Source: an uncultured Rickettsiales bacterium (GTDB taxonomy: Bacteria > Margulisbacteria > Marinamargulisbacteria > GCA-2716485 > CAZIFG01). From it: DNA of 64,000 nt. Below are positions 28,243 to 37,843 of this stretch, piece after piece. Where the stretch lies: assembly GCA_964539135.1 (NCBI GenBank), contig CAZIFG010000006.1, forward strand, positions 8,585-72,584, written 5' to 3'. The position numbers were made by a program, and so were the translations under genes. The notes beneath the pieces are model-generated. The model ran no database searches. It worked only from the letters and a program-made list of their open reading frames with translations, and was not told the DNA's origin. Numbering within the stretch: the first letter of the stretch is position 1; every line of letters begins with the position of its first letter.

Positions 28243-29181
28243 ATGAAGAAAATTTTTGTTACGGGGGCCTCCGGTTGTGTGGGGCATTATATTGTGGAGC
28301 AGTTACTGGCTTATACGGATTGCGAAATCCATGTTTTGGTGCGGTATCCCCACAAACTTAAACAGGATTTGTCTTCTTATCCGCATGTGATTGTTCACAC
28401 AGGCGACTTAAATCAATTGTCTGTTTTGAAGCCTGTTTTAGATACCATTACCCATTTGATTCACATTGCCACCACTTGGGGGAGTTTTGAGTATGCGTAT
28501 CAGTTGAATGTGACTCGAACGCGAGAACTTTTTTCTTACTTAAATCCAGACTGTATTCAAAAAATTGTGTATTTTTCAACAGCCAGTATTTTGGGGCCAG
28601 GATCTTTGCCTGTTGAAGAGGCACGTTTGTTTGGATCTGGTTATGTTAAATCTAAATTTTTGGCGTATGAAGAATTGCCTACCTTTCCTCATGCAGACAA
28701 AGTTGTGACGGTATTTCCAACCATGGTTTTTGGGGGGGACGAGACACATCCTTACTCTCATTTGAACGCTGGTGTTATTCCCAATTTGGGGTATTTGAAT
28801 GTTTTGAGATTTTTTACCGTGGATGCTTCCTTTCATTTTTTGCATGCCTATGATATTTCACAGGTTACCTTACATCTCTTATTTAATGCCACATCGTCGC
28901 GAGCTTTGGTTTTGGGACAATCTTTGATTACAGCAGATCAGGCCTTGTCTGTTTTATGTGATGTTTTTCAGAAAAAAAGTTGGTTTAGGTTTAAAATTAA
29001 ACCGAATTTTGTTTTTACCTTGGCCAAACTTTTTCGCATTATAATTGGCCCTTGGGAACGGTATTGCATCACACACCCTCATATGGCTTATGATACAGTT
29101 AATCCGGAAACCTATGGTTTGGTCTCTAAATTTCCCACTTTAAAAACGGTTTTAACAGATATTAAAGATCAGACTTACTGA
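28243..29181 (+). CDS. NAD-dependent epimerase/dehydratase family protein (SDR superfamily)
   Basis: MKKIFVTGASGCVGHYIV is a Rossmann motif, and YVKSK is a YxxxK motif. GGAG SD lies 6 nt before ATG 28243. The track ORF starts at GTG 28216. Confidence 0.7.
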   Translation: MKKIFVTGASGCVGHYIVEQLLAYTDCEIHVLVRYPHKLKQDLSSYPHVIVHTGDLNQLSVLKPVLDTITHLIHIATTWGSFEYAYQLNVTRTRELFSYLNPDCIQKIVYFSTASILGPGSLPVEEARLFGSGYVKSKFLAYEELPTFPHADKVVTVFPTMVFGGDETHPYSHLNAGVIPNLGYLNVLRFFTVDASFHFLHAYDISQVTLHLLFNATSSRALVLGQSLITADQALSVLCDVFQKKSWFRFKIKPNFVFTLAKLFRIIIGPWERYCITHPHMAYDTVNPETYGLVSKFPTLKTVLTDIKDQTY

Positions 29182-29864
29182 TGTCTGAACCCATTCGTAT
29201 TCAGAAATATTTATCTCAAGCGGGTATTTTATCCCGAAGAAAAGCAGAGGCCGCAATTTTAGCAGGGCATGTGTTGATTAATGGACTTCCGGCTGTTTTA
29301 GGTCAGAAACTGGATCCAGCTGTCGATCTTATTACCTTAGATCCTATCATTGATGCTCAAAAATCAGCCTATATTTATCTTAAGTTTCATAAACCCAGAG
29401 GCATTGTGACGAATTGCCCGCATCCAGGCGATACGCAGATTACAGATCTTTTGCCGAAAGAATATCGTCACCTTTCCAGTGTTGGACGTCTGGATAAAGA
29501 ATCCGAAGGCCTTATTTTGATGACGGATGATGGTCTTTTTTCTAAAGAATTGATTCAGGGTGATGTTCCGCATGAACGTACCTATCTGGTCTCTGTTAAT
29601 ATGAATTTAAACGCATCGGATTTGAAAACCTTGGCGGCGGGTGTGGTGATTTTAAATGGGTATAAAACCAAACCCTGTCAGGTCATGGCTTTAGGGCCTC
29701 GTCAATTTAAAATTACTTTGACGGAAGGTAAAAACCGCCAAATTCGGCGCATGGTGGAGACTTTGGGCTTGCAGGTGATGCAATTAAAGCGGGTTTCTTT
29801 TGGCCGTTATGATTTAGGGTCCTTAAGTGTGGGACATTTTGAATTGGTGCCGCGACTTCTTTAA
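29181..29864 (+). CDS. rRNA pseudouridine synthase (RsuA/RluB/RluF family) with N-terminal S4 domain
   Basis: S4 motif IRIQKYLSQAGILSRRKAEAAILAGHVLING. Catalytic motif GRLDKESEGLILMTDDG. Also GKNRQIRRM. Confidence 0.85.
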   Translation: MSEPIRIQKYLSQAGILSRRKAEAAILAGHVLINGLPAVLGQKLDPAVDLITLDPIIDAQKSAYIYLKFHKPRGIVTNCPHPGDTQITDLLPKEYRHLSSVGRLDKESEGLILMTDDGLFSKELIQGDVPHERTYLVSVNMNLNASDLKTLAAGVVILNGYKTKPCQVMALGPRQFKITLTEGKNRQIRRMVETLGLQVMQLKRVSFGRYDLGSLSVGHFELVPRLL

Positions 29865-30451
29865 TAGGGCAGTGCGGCATTTACAGCTGAGATTTTGTCT
29901 TTGTTTTTTTCTAAACTGGTAATGACGTCCCACTCTCCTGATAAAAAGGCCTCTTGATGCCCAGATGGCATTTTAAATCTGAGGGTTTGTGTAGGGGTTG
30001 TGAGTGTTAAATTTTGGATGTTAATCGTGAATAGTGCGCTTGGATTGGATTGGCATTCTGCTTGCAATGTGGCAATTTCGTACTCGGTTACGATTAAAAC
30101 GGGTAGGCCAATGGCTTTGCAGTTTCCTGAAAAAATTTCTGAGAAAGATTCGCCTATAATAGCTTTAAATCCATACCGTTTAATGGATTGTGGTGCATGT
30201 TCTCTGGAGGAGCCGCAGCCGAAATTTTTGTTCACGAGCATGATTTTAGCGTCTTTAAATGTGAGATCATTCAAAGGATGTCCTTTAGGATTGCCTTGGG
30301 CATCAAATCGGACATCGTAAAAGAGGTAGTGTCCCATTTTTTCAAAGGTGATTTCTTTGAGAAACCGTGCAGGTGTGATGCGATCTGTATCAAGATCATT
30401 TCCGGGAATGGCGATGGCTTTTTCAGCTATTTTTTCTATTTTTGTGTCCAT
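29861..30451 (-). CDS. leuD: 3-isopropylmalate dehydratase small subunit
   Basis: 196 aa. DTDRITPARFL, NFGCGSSREHAP and GESFSEIF match the LeuD/aconitase swivel domain. Confidence 0.88.
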   Translation of the reverse strand: MDTKIEKIAEKAIAIPGNDLDTDRITPARFLKEITFEKMGHYLFYDVRFDAQGNPKGHPLNDLTFKDAKIMLVNKNFGCGSSREHAPQSIKRYGFKAIIGESFSEIFSGNCKAIGLPVLIVTEYEIATLQAECQSNPSALFTINIQNLTLTTPTQTLRFKMPSGHQEAFLSGEWDVITSLEKNKDKISAVNAALPY

Positions 30452-30491
30452 AGTGGCTGCATTCTAACAGAATTGAGACAACTTGTGAAAT

Positions 30492-31508
30492 TTATAACTC
30501 CAAAATGACGGCTGTTGTGAAGATGGTTTGAGAATCTTGATGGTTGAGTTGAAGGTGTTTAATTTCCCACCTGCTGACGGTTTTTTTGTTGAGCGTATAA
30601 TCGGTTCTGATTGCATAGGCATTGGCCTCTAACTGGGCTGTGATGACTCCTGATGGATCTTGGTAGGATTCTATTCGGCCTGAAAAAGACCACTTTTTAT
30701 GGATTTGATACTGGGCTTGAATCAACCATGCATACCAAAACTCTGAGTTGTTTTTTTCTTCATTTTCTTGCCATCCTGTGTCTAGGTCTCCTGCTAGTTT
30801 TAAGGTTTCAGAGACGGTATAAATAGCATAAAAATTGTGAAAAATGCGTTGGCGAGAAGGGGAATGGTTTTCTTGTTCGTTCCCTAAAAAGGTGCTGGAG
30901 TTTAATATTAATTTTGGGCTCCACTGGTATTGTATTTGTGTCCCAAAGGCCTTGTTTTGATTCGTGTCGCTGATGACTTGCCAGCCATTTAAGGCGTAGG
31001 CGGTGAGGGTTGTTTTGGCGTTTGCGGCGTAGGATAGTCGTGCGCCGGATTCATAATAAGGGGAATTATCGGCCAGTATGGACCTGGATAGCATCCAATT
31101 GTCTTTTGAAATGGCAGATTCCATGCCAATATGAGATGGGAATATCCCTAAATCTACCCATATGGTAGGGCTTAATTTATAGCCTAAATATGCCGAATAA
31201 ATAGATCGTGTCCAGGGAATTTCGGCTGCATAATTTGTTTCTACATATTTTCCCATGTGGAGGCCAAGTTCGCTTCTATAATGCGATGTTTCATAGTTGG
31301 CTAGAATGAGGGCATGATTGAGCTGAGCGGTATTGAGTTGACTGTATGTATAGCTAAATGGATAGGGGGTGTTTGTTTCTTGAGACGGGGTGTTTGCTGC
31401 GTAATAGAAATCTGCGAGGGCTCTTATTTTGAATGGGGATGATGCATAAAGGTTAAAAGATAAACAGATTAAAATAAAGAGGCTTATTCGGAGTGCTGTA
31501 TTTGACAT
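30492..31508 (-). CDS. Outer-membrane beta-barrel porin (OmpL/bbp2-like)
   Basis: Signal peptide MSNTALRISLFILICLSFNLYA. Alternating amphipathic strands. NWMLSRSILADNSPYYESGARLSY resembles the DUF1597/porin-2 signature. Confidence 0.6.
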   Translation of the reverse strand: MSNTALRISLFILICLSFNLYASSPFKIRALADFYYAANTPSQETNTPYPFSYTYSQLNTAQLNHALILANYETSHYRSELGLHMGKYVETNYAAEIPWTRSIYSAYLGYKLSPTIWVDLGIFPSHIGMESAISKDNWMLSRSILADNSPYYESGARLSYAANAKTTLTAYALNGWQVISDTNQNKAFGTQIQYQWSPKLILNSSTFLGNEQENHSPSRQRIFHNFYAIYTVSETLKLAGDLDTGWQENEEKNNSEFWYAWLIQAQYQIHKKWSFSGRIESYQDPSGVITAQLEANAYAIRTDYTLNKKTVSRWEIKHLQLNHQDSQTIFTTAVILEL

Positions 31509-31625
31509 GGGCTTCCTTTGAATTTTAAGGGTTTTAAAATTCGGATGGGAGTATAGTCCTCTTATATGGAGGTGTCAATGAAGCAGCGACGTTGTTTTTT
31601 TGTGAATTTCTTGTAGGATGGAGAT

Positions 31626-32192
31626 ATGATACTTTTATTTAAAGTGGTATCGTCTCGTCATCTTTCTCCGCTTGATTTGACTGTTCCTTCTCTTATTGGT
31701 GTGATGTATCGTCGTGTTTTACAGCGTGGTCTTGACTATTATTTGAATCGATATTTTCCTGTTCGAACTTATTTTTTTCCTCATCCAACTTGCGAGATTC
31801 CCTTTGTGACGCTTTTGGATTTGGAACATTTTTTAAACCAGGTGCATCAAAGTGCCTTTCCGATTCGGTTTAGTTCGGAAGATTCCCAGCGCTTGAAACT
31901 GGCGCGTTGGGCGGTTTATCAGGTGAATGAATCTCGTAAATTGTGGATTGCTCAAAAAGATAGACGATGGGCGTTTTCTGTTTTGAATGGGGAAGCTTTT
32001 TCTGCCGCATTATTACGGTTTAAACGTATTATGTGGATAAAAAAAGAGACTTTGAATCGCTGTTTATTGCGTCCTTTATCTCGAGTGGTCTCAGAGAGTG
32101 ACTCCTCCGGTGCGGCAGACTCCCCGCTTTCGGGATATTATACGCCCCCTACCTGTGAGGCTCATGTGCGGTTGATTGGACGGCCGGGTTAG
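31626..32192 (+). CDS. Hypothetical protein (188 aa, basic)
   Basis: ORF with SD (GGATGGAG) before the ATG. No recognisable motif. Inserted together with the porin between leuD and leuC. Confidence 0.45.
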   Translation: MILLFKVVSSRHLSPLDLTVPSLIGVMYRRVLQRGLDYYLNRYFPVRTYFFPHPTCEIPFVTLLDLEHFLNQVHQSAFPIRFSSEDSQRLKLARWAVYQVNESRKLWIAQKDRRWAFSVLNGEAFSAALLRFKRIMWIKKETLNRCLLRPLSRVVSESDSSGAADSPLSGYYTPPTCEAHVRLIGRPG

Positions 32193-32201
32193 GGGGATGT
32201 T

Positions 32202-33605
32202 TTAGATAAATTCTCGAATGTCTGAAACTTTGCCTGTAATCGCGGCAGCTGCTGCCATTGCAGGGCTCATCAGCAAGGTCCTGCCTGTAGGACTACCTTG
32301 TCTGCCCATGAAATTTCGATTGCTGGTGCTGGCGCAGAGTTGATCTCCTTCTAATTTGTCCGGATTCATGGCCAAGCACATGGAACATCCGGCTTCTCGC
32401 CATTCTGCGCCAGAGGTCTTAATAATGTCATCTAAGCCTAAAGCTTCTGCCTCTTTTTTGACTTGTTGAGATCCAGGGACCACAATGGCTTTTGTGTTTT
32501 TTGCCACTTTGTTGCCCTTTAAAATGGTAGCTGCTTCTTGGATGTCGGACAGTCTGGAATTGGTGCAGGAGCCAATAAAGACCACATCTATAGGTGTGCC
32601 TTTAAGTGGTGTTTCGGGTTTGAGTTTCATGTAGCGATAGGCATCTTCTGCTGTTTTTTGGTGTTCTTCAGGTAAATCGGCTATTTTGGGCAGTAGATCT
32701 TGTATTCCAATGGATTGTGCGGGCGTTACTCCCCAGGTGACCATGGGGCTGAGATCGTCTGTATGAAAGGTGACTACATCGTCATATACGGCGTCTTCCC
32801 GAGAGGCGATAGACAGCCAGTAGGCTTTTTCTGCTTCGAATGCGTCTCCTTTGGGGGCAAATTCTCGGCCTTGAATATAATTGATGGTGGTTTGGTCTGG
32901 ATTGACGTAGCCAATTCGGGCACCGCCTTCGATGCTCATATTGCAAACGGTCATGCGCTCTTCCATGCTCATGGCATCAAAAACACTGCCGCCAAATTCA
33001 TACGCATATCCGATTCCGCCTTTTACGCCCAATTGTTGAATGATTTTTAAAATGATGTCTTTGGCGTAAAGGCCTTTTGTGAGTTTGCCTTCAAAATTAA
33101 TGCGACGCACTTTTAGGGGGCTTAAAGCTAGCGTTTGCGTTTGAAGGACCATGCGAACTTCTGTGGTGCCAATGCCAAAAGCAAGACTTCCAAAGGCACC
33201 GTGGGTGCTGGTGTGGCTGTCGCCGCAGGCAATGGTCATGCCGGGACGCGTTAACCCTAATTCTGGGCTGATGACGTGGACAATGCCTTGTTTTTGAGTG
33301 GTTGTATTAAAAAACGGAATGTTAAATTCTTTGACGTTGGCTTCCAGTGCTTGGCACATGGCTTCTGCTTCTTTGTCTTGAAAGGGACGGCTTTGACTTA
33401 GGGTTGGAATGATGTGATCTAATGTGGCAAAAGTTCTGTTGGGATAGGCTACAGTTGCCTTTGCTTCTTTGATCATGGCAAACGCTTGTGGGGTTGTTAC
33501 TTCGTGGATGAGGTGGAGCCCAATGAACAGTTGATCTTGTCCATTTGGAAGGGTGCCCACTTTATGTTGATCCCAGACTTTATTGTATAAGGTGTTTTTA
33601 GCCAT
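32202..33605 (-). CDS. leuC: 3-isopropylmalate dehydratase large subunit
   Basis: 467 aa. [27 protein letters not shown] and [10 protein letters not shown]...CSMCLAMN (Fe-S cysteines) match the aconitase family, LeuC type. Confidence 0.92.
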   Translation of the reverse strand: MAKNTLYNKVWDQHKVGTLPNGQDQLFIGLHLIHEVTTPQAFAMIKEAKATVAYPNRTFATLDHIIPTLSQSRPFQDKEAEAMCQALEANVKEFNIPFFNTTTQKQGIVHVISPELGLTRPGMTIACGDSHTSTHGAFGSLAFGIGTTEVRMVLQTQTLALSPLKVRRINFEGKLTKGLYAKDIILKIIQQLGVKGGIGYAYEFGGSVFDAMSMEERMTVCNMSIEGGARIGYVNPDQTTINYIQGREFAPKGDAFEAEKAYWLSIASREDAVYDDVVTFHTDDLSPMVTWGVTPAQSIGIQDLLPKIADLPEEHQKTAEDAYRYMKLKPETPLKGTPIDVVFIGSCTNSRLSDIQEAATILKGNKVAKNTKAIVVPGSQQVKKEAEALGLDDIIKTSGAEWREAGCSMCLAMNPDKLEGDQLCASTSNRNFMGRQGSPTGRTLLMSPAMAAAAAITGKVSDIREFI

Positions 33606-33654
33606 AATTATGTCAGGTACACTACGAAATTTCAGTCTCTTTCGTCAAGAGTCG

Positions 33655-33669
33655 TTTCGCAACAGTCCC
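33655..33669 (+). repeat. Solo right terminus of the palindromic repeat
   Basis: TTTCGCAACAGTCCC lies in the gap between leuC and the downstream orphan ORF and is identical to the right terminus of copies A and D. Confidence 0.5.
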
Positions 33670-33676
33670 GAGTTGT

Positions 33677-34801
33677 TTAGCTTAAAAGATCCTTTTCTGA
33701 TGTTTTGGGCCTTTTGGGGAGGTTTTCTAAGAGCTTTAAATATCTTTTTTGAGCCTCTTCTTCCGATTGTCTCATCCGATTTTGTCGTTCGATTTCTTTT
33801 GCGACGGTTTCTCTTAAAAAGGGACCAGGTACAATTTTAAAGGTGTTCAATTCCAGTTTAGCAGCATCTAAATCCCACATGAGGCCCAGTCCAACAGTAA
33901 TGCTTTTGGCGACATCTACATCTGTTTGAAGCGCTTCAGAACTTTCTCCTTTTTCTTCAGATAACATGGTTAATCCTGTATTTATTTTAAGACTTGAAAA
34001 TCTCTCTGCTGCGACGGCTTCGTAGGCAAGCTCTTTCATTTTGCTGAATTCTTTGCAGGGATTGAGTGGGTCTCTGGCCTCATAATTTGTACCTAGGGTT
34101 ACCCATGTTACATATAGGGGATATCCCAATAGTCTTTGGACTCTTTTGACAAGATCTATGGCATTTTCATTTTGAATTTTATTGATGGCGAGGAAGTGTT
34201 TTTTTAATTCAGAGTCGTCTGAGGCCTCTAGTGTCGCGTCGTGCTTCAATAGCCCATAGGTGTTGATTACATTGAGATGGGTGATGCCTTTTTTGCGTAG
34301 TGTTTCTGCAACTTTTTTCGCGAGTTCGTTTTTGTCAGAGTCTGAGAGATCACTTTTGGTTAAATCTGCGCATTCTTCCGTGTCTTTAGTACTTTCTTTT
34401 TTTGATATTACGAGGGCGGTTTCACCGAATGTGTCTTGTAAAATTTTCCCAATATTTCCTTTTCCAAGAATGAGATGGTGAGTTCGATCTATTCGGAGGC
34501 TTGGCTTCATTTCTTCTCTAAATTCTAAATGTTTGATTTGCACAGGGCTGGGTAGGGGTATTTCTAATGATGGGGTTGTTACTCTTTTTAATACTCGGCT
34601 TGGATTTTCACGTAATACAAAGGTTTCGTTTCTGCGTAGACGTTCTCGAGTGAGAAGGCTTGTTGTGCCTTCTGTATTTAAATGCCCAAAAGCATTTTGA
34701 ATTTTTTGGATTAGACTATGAATCCCTCTAAGTGGCGGGGGGGAGGATTTAAATGTAGTGGGTAAGGCTCGTGTCAGGACTGGAATTATGCGTGTATTCA
34801 T
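33677..34801 (-). CDS. Hypothetical protein: divergent Rossmann/extended-SDR-like domain with an N-terminal low-complexity extension (paralog of 37844-39130)
   Basis: 374 aa. GKGNIG fits GxGxxG. VINTYGL resembles NNAG. LGTNYEARDPLNPCKEFSKMKE has F in place of the YxxxK tyrosine. Also INTGL. Collinear with the same motifs in ORF 37844-39130. Confidence 0.55.
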   Translation of the reverse strand: MNTRIIPVLTRALPTTFKSSPPPLRGIHSLIQKIQNAFGHLNTEGTTSLLTRERLRRNETFVLRENPSRVLKRVTTPSLEIPLPSPVQIKHLEFREEMKPSLRIDRTHHLILGKGNIGKILQDTFGETALVISKKESTKDTEECADLTKSDLSDSDKNELAKKVAETLRKKGITHLNVINTYGLLKHDATLEASDDSELKKHFLAINKIQNENAIDLVKRVQRLLGYPLYVTWVTLGTNYEARDPLNPCKEFSKMKELAYEAVAAERFSSLKINTGLTMLSEEKGESSEALQTDVDVAKSITVGLGLMWDLDAAKLELNTFKIVPGPFLRETVAKEIERQNRMRQSEEEAQKRYLKLLENLPKRPKTSEKDLLS

Positions 34802-34904
34802 GCTTTTTTGTCCTTTTTTATTTTGTTTTTTTATCTATAACCTTATTTCATAGTACTATTTCTTTATTTTTTGTCAATTTTTATTTTTTGACTTTACATT
34901 ATTT

Positions 34905-34920
34905 TTTAAGCATGCTTAAA
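34905..34920. promoter_or_regulatory. Perfect 16-bp palindrome, candidate MntR/DtxR-type operator
   Basis: TTTAAGCATGCTTAAA ends 7 nt before the mntR ATG (34928). Confidence 0.35.
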
Positions 34921-34927
34921 TGTTTTT

Positions 34928-35599
34928 ATGAAGCCGTTAAAACAATCTACTGAAAACTATCTTAAGTTTATTTTTAAACTTCAACAAAGTGATCCTCGGG
35001 GGGTTAAGCCTTTGGCGCTTGCTAAGGCTTTGGATGTTTCTGCACCTGCGGTTACGGATATGCTTAGGAAATTGGCAGATGAAAAATGGGTGGAATATAC
35101 GCCGTATAAGCAAATTACCTTAACAGAAATGGGGATGACTTATGGCCAAAATATGGTGCGCAGGCATCGATTGTGGGAACTGTATCTTCATCAAGTTTTA
35201 GGATTTTCATGGGATAAAGTTCATGAGGAGGCTGAGAAATTAGAGCATGCGTCTTCGGATGCCTTAATTGATCGCTTAGAAGAAGCATTGGGCTTTCCTC
35301 ATTATGATCCGCATGGAGATCCTATTCCCTCTAAAGAGGGAGTGTTTCCACCGCCTATTATGAGTGTACCTTTGTCTCGGTGCCATGTAGGGGAATCTGT
35401 GAAAGTGGTTCGAGTCAGTGATTTTGATACTGATTTTTTGCATTATATTCAGGGGTTGGGGATTCAACTTCAAACCGTGATTCGCTTGCAAGAAATTCGG
35501 TCTTTTGATCATTCTTTGCTTATTGATATTAAGGGGAAAGGGGAAAGCATTTCAGCTTTAACGGCGAGTCATATTTTTGTAATACATTTGGAGGAATAG
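34928..35599 (+). CDS. mntR: DtxR/MntR-family metal-dependent transcriptional regulator with C-terminal FeoA/SH3-like domain
   Basis: Winged-helix N-terminus (TENYLKFIFKLQ...VSAPAVTDMLRKL), a dimerisation/metal-binding region (RRHRLWELYL...HEEAEKLEH) and a C-terminal VGESVKVVRVSD domain. Lies 3 nt upstream of mntH. Confidence 0.85.
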   Translation: MKPLKQSTENYLKFIFKLQQSDPRGVKPLALAKALDVSAPAVTDMLRKLADEKWVEYTPYKQITLTEMGMTYGQNMVRRHRLWELYLHQVLGFSWDKVHEEAEKLEHASSDALIDRLEEALGFPHYDPHGDPIPSKEGVFPPPIMSVPLSRCHVGESVKVVRVSDFDTDFLHYIQGLGIQLQTVIRLQEIRSFDHSLLIDIKGKGESISALTASHIFVIHLEE

Positions 35600-35601
35600 T
35601 C

Positions 35602-36939
35602 ATGACACATTTGAATTTTTTTGAATCTTTAAACTGGCGAAAACGAAAAGAAGGGCAGAGCTTAGACGAGGTGCATCGTTCTATTCCTATCCCCAAGCAT
35701 TTTTCGTGGTTTCGAAAGTTGTTGGCTTTTGCAGGCCCGGGATATTTGGTGGCGGTTGGATATATGGATCCCGGAAATTGGGCCACAGATTTAGCAGGAG
35801 GATCCGCCTTCGGGTATACCTTGCTTTCAGTTATTTTCTTTTCCAATTTAATTGCCATTTTATTGCAATATTTATCTTTGAAGCTTGGCATTGTTACAGG
35901 GCGAGATTTGGCGCAAGCGTGTCGAGATCATTATTCGCGTCCTGTTGCGTTTATATTATGGGTTTTTGCTGAAATTGCCATTACAGCCTGTGATTTGGCA
36001 GAGGTTATTGGGTCTGCCATTGCGATGCAACTTTTATTTGGATTGCCCATTGTCATTGGGATTATTGTGACGACTTTTGATGTGCTTCTTTTATTGTATT
36101 TGCAAAAAAAGGGGTTTCGCTATTTAGAGGCTCTTGTTGTTACTATGATTGTGACGATTATTGGCTGTTTTGGGTTTGAGATTTTTATGGCTAAGCCGGA
36201 TTTGATGCCTTTACTTCATGGGTTTATTCCCAGTCCGGATATTATTCGGAATAAAGAGATGCTTTATATTGCCATTGGTATTTTAGGGGCAACGGTGATG
36301 CCTCATAATTTGTATTTGCATTCGGCGGTTGTTCAAACGCGCGATTATGAAGAAACGGTAGAAGGTAAAAAAGAGGCAATTAAATTTTCAACGCTTGATT
36401 CGACTTTTGCCTTAGGATTGGCCTTTTTTATCAATGCGGCTATTTTGATTGTATCTGCGTCTGTTTTTTATAAGAATGGGTATTATAATGTGGCAGAAAT
36501 TCAAGATGCGAGTCATCTTTTGGCGCCTTTATTAGGTACAACTTTGGCCAGTATTTTTTTTGGAGTAGCACTTCTTGCTTCTGGACAGAATGCAACCATT
36601 ACGGGGACACTTGCGGGTCAAATTATTATGGAAGGGTTTATTCAATTGCGTATAAAGCCCTGGTTGAGACGCTTATTGACGCGACTTTTGGCTATTATTC
36701 CCTCTCTTTTTGTGGTGCTTGTTTTTGGAGAACAGAGTCTTGGAAAACTGTTGGTCTTAAGCCAAGTTGTTTTAAGTATGCAACTTTCCTTTGCTGTTTT
36801 TCCTTTGGTTAATTTTACGTCGGATCCCTTAAAAATGGGTCCTTTTGTGAATACAAAATTGACGAAATATACGGCATACACGATGGCCTTTTTAATTGCC
36901 GGCCTTAATATTTGGTTGATTTGGAGGACCTTTTCATGA
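35602..36939 (+). CDS. mntH: Nramp-family divalent metal (Mn2+/Fe2+):proton symporter
   Basis: 445 aa. GPGYLVAVGYMDPGNWATDLAGGS and GATVMPHNLYLHS are Nramp consensus transport motifs. Confidence 0.92.
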   Translation: MTHLNFFESLNWRKRKEGQSLDEVHRSIPIPKHFSWFRKLLAFAGPGYLVAVGYMDPGNWATDLAGGSAFGYTLLSVIFFSNLIAILLQYLSLKLGIVTGRDLAQACRDHYSRPVAFILWVFAEIAITACDLAEVIGSAIAMQLLFGLPIVIGIIVTTFDVLLLLYLQKKGFRYLEALVVTMIVTIIGCFGFEIFMAKPDLMPLLHGFIPSPDIIRNKEMLYIAIGILGATVMPHNLYLHSAVVQTRDYEETVEGKKEAIKFSTLDSTFALGLAFFINAAILIVSASVFYKNGYYNVAEIQDASHLLAPLLGTTLASIFFGVALLASGQNATITGTLAGQIIMEGFIQLRIKPWLRRLLTRLLAIIPSLFVVLVFGEQSLGKLLVLSQVVLSMQLSFAVFPLVNFTSDPLKMGPFVNTKLTKYTAYTMAFLIAGLNIWLIWRTFS

Positions 36940-37712
36940 TGATTTTTAGAGTATGTGGGTGTGTTCTTGGGTTTTTGTTGATGTTTTCGGGTGCCAATTT
37001 TGCAGAAGAGCTTGGGGATATTGAAACCGATAGGCCTGATTTTACAGAAACAGCGACGGTGGTTCCTCAGGGGTATGTTCAACTGGAAAGTGGATTGAGC
37101 ATGCAGGCAGATGATTCGGCTCGAAATGCGACACTTGGCGAGCTTCTACTCCGATTTGATACACCTATTCCTAACATTGAAGGGCGTTTGGGAGTTCCTA
37201 ATTATCATATGGATCGTTCCGAAGACGCGTATTCTCAGGGATTTGATGACGTTTCTTTGGGACTTAAAATGGTGCTTTTAAGCCCTAAGGCAGGAAAAGC
37301 CGCTGCGGGTATTTTTACGGTGTATATTCCTTCTGGTTCGGAGGGGTATATTCGGCAAGCGGTAGAGCCTGAGGCTAAATTGTGCCTTAGTGCCGATCTC
37401 CCTCATGATTTAAAATTGGGGAGTAATATGGGGCTTTCTTTGGCTACGAATGAGTCCCGATCCTTTATTAAACCCTTTATGACGCTTGTTTTTGGCCAAA
37501 GTTGGACTGAAAAGTGGGGTAGTTATGTTGAATGGTTTGGGACTTTTCAGAGTGGAGCTGGCGAAAACGATCGGCATATTTTGGATGGGGGAATTACGTA
37601 TTTATGGAATGCTGATACCCAAGTGGATGTTCGAGGGGGCTTTGGATTGAGTGGGCGGGCAGATGATTACTTCTTTGGCATTGGGTTTTCAAAGCGAGCT
37701 CGATTTTATTAA
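36936..37712 (+). CDS. Outer-membrane channel of the 'MetA-pathway phenol degradation-like' transporter family
   Basis: Signal peptide MMIFRVCGCVLGFLLMFSGANFA, then ETDRPDFTETATVVPQGYVQLESG, typical of that beta-barrel family. GGAGGA SD lies 7 nt before ATG 36936, which overlaps the mntH stop (ATGA). Confidence 0.65.
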   Translation: MMIFRVCGCVLGFLLMFSGANFAEELGDIETDRPDFTETATVVPQGYVQLESGLSMQADDSARNATLGELLLRFDTPIPNIEGRLGVPNYHMDRSEDAYSQGFDDVSLGLKMVLLSPKAGKAAAGIFTVYIPSGSEGYIRQAVEPEAKLCLSADLPHDLKLGSNMGLSLATNESRSFIKPFMTLVFGQSWTEKWGSYVEWFGTFQSGAGENDRHILDGGITYLWNADTQVDVRGGFGLSGRADDYFFGIGFSKRARFY

Positions 37713-37747
37713 ATCCTTCTCATTTTAAATCTATCTTTAAGATTTTC

Positions 37748-37782
37748 TAAATAAAATTTCATTTATATTGAAATTTTATTTA
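37748..37782 (+). terminator. AT-only 14-bp stem hairpin downstream of the Mn cassette (weak terminator or operator candidate)
   Basis: TAAATAAAATTTCA-tttatat-TGAAATTTTATTTA sits 36 nt after the OMP stop and is followed by ATTTTATT. Confidence 0.3.
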
Positions 37783-37843
37783 ATTTTATTCGATAATTAT
37801 TCGACTATATATTAAACTATAGATTTTTTGGGGAGGGGTTTAA

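Noticed and set aside
33616-33669. A second mini-copy of the repeat upstream of leuC, read as GGTACACTACGAAAT...TTTCGCAACAGTCCC.
   Set aside because: Only the right terminus matches convincingly. The putative left end needs several mismatches and an indel. It is reported only as a solo right terminus.
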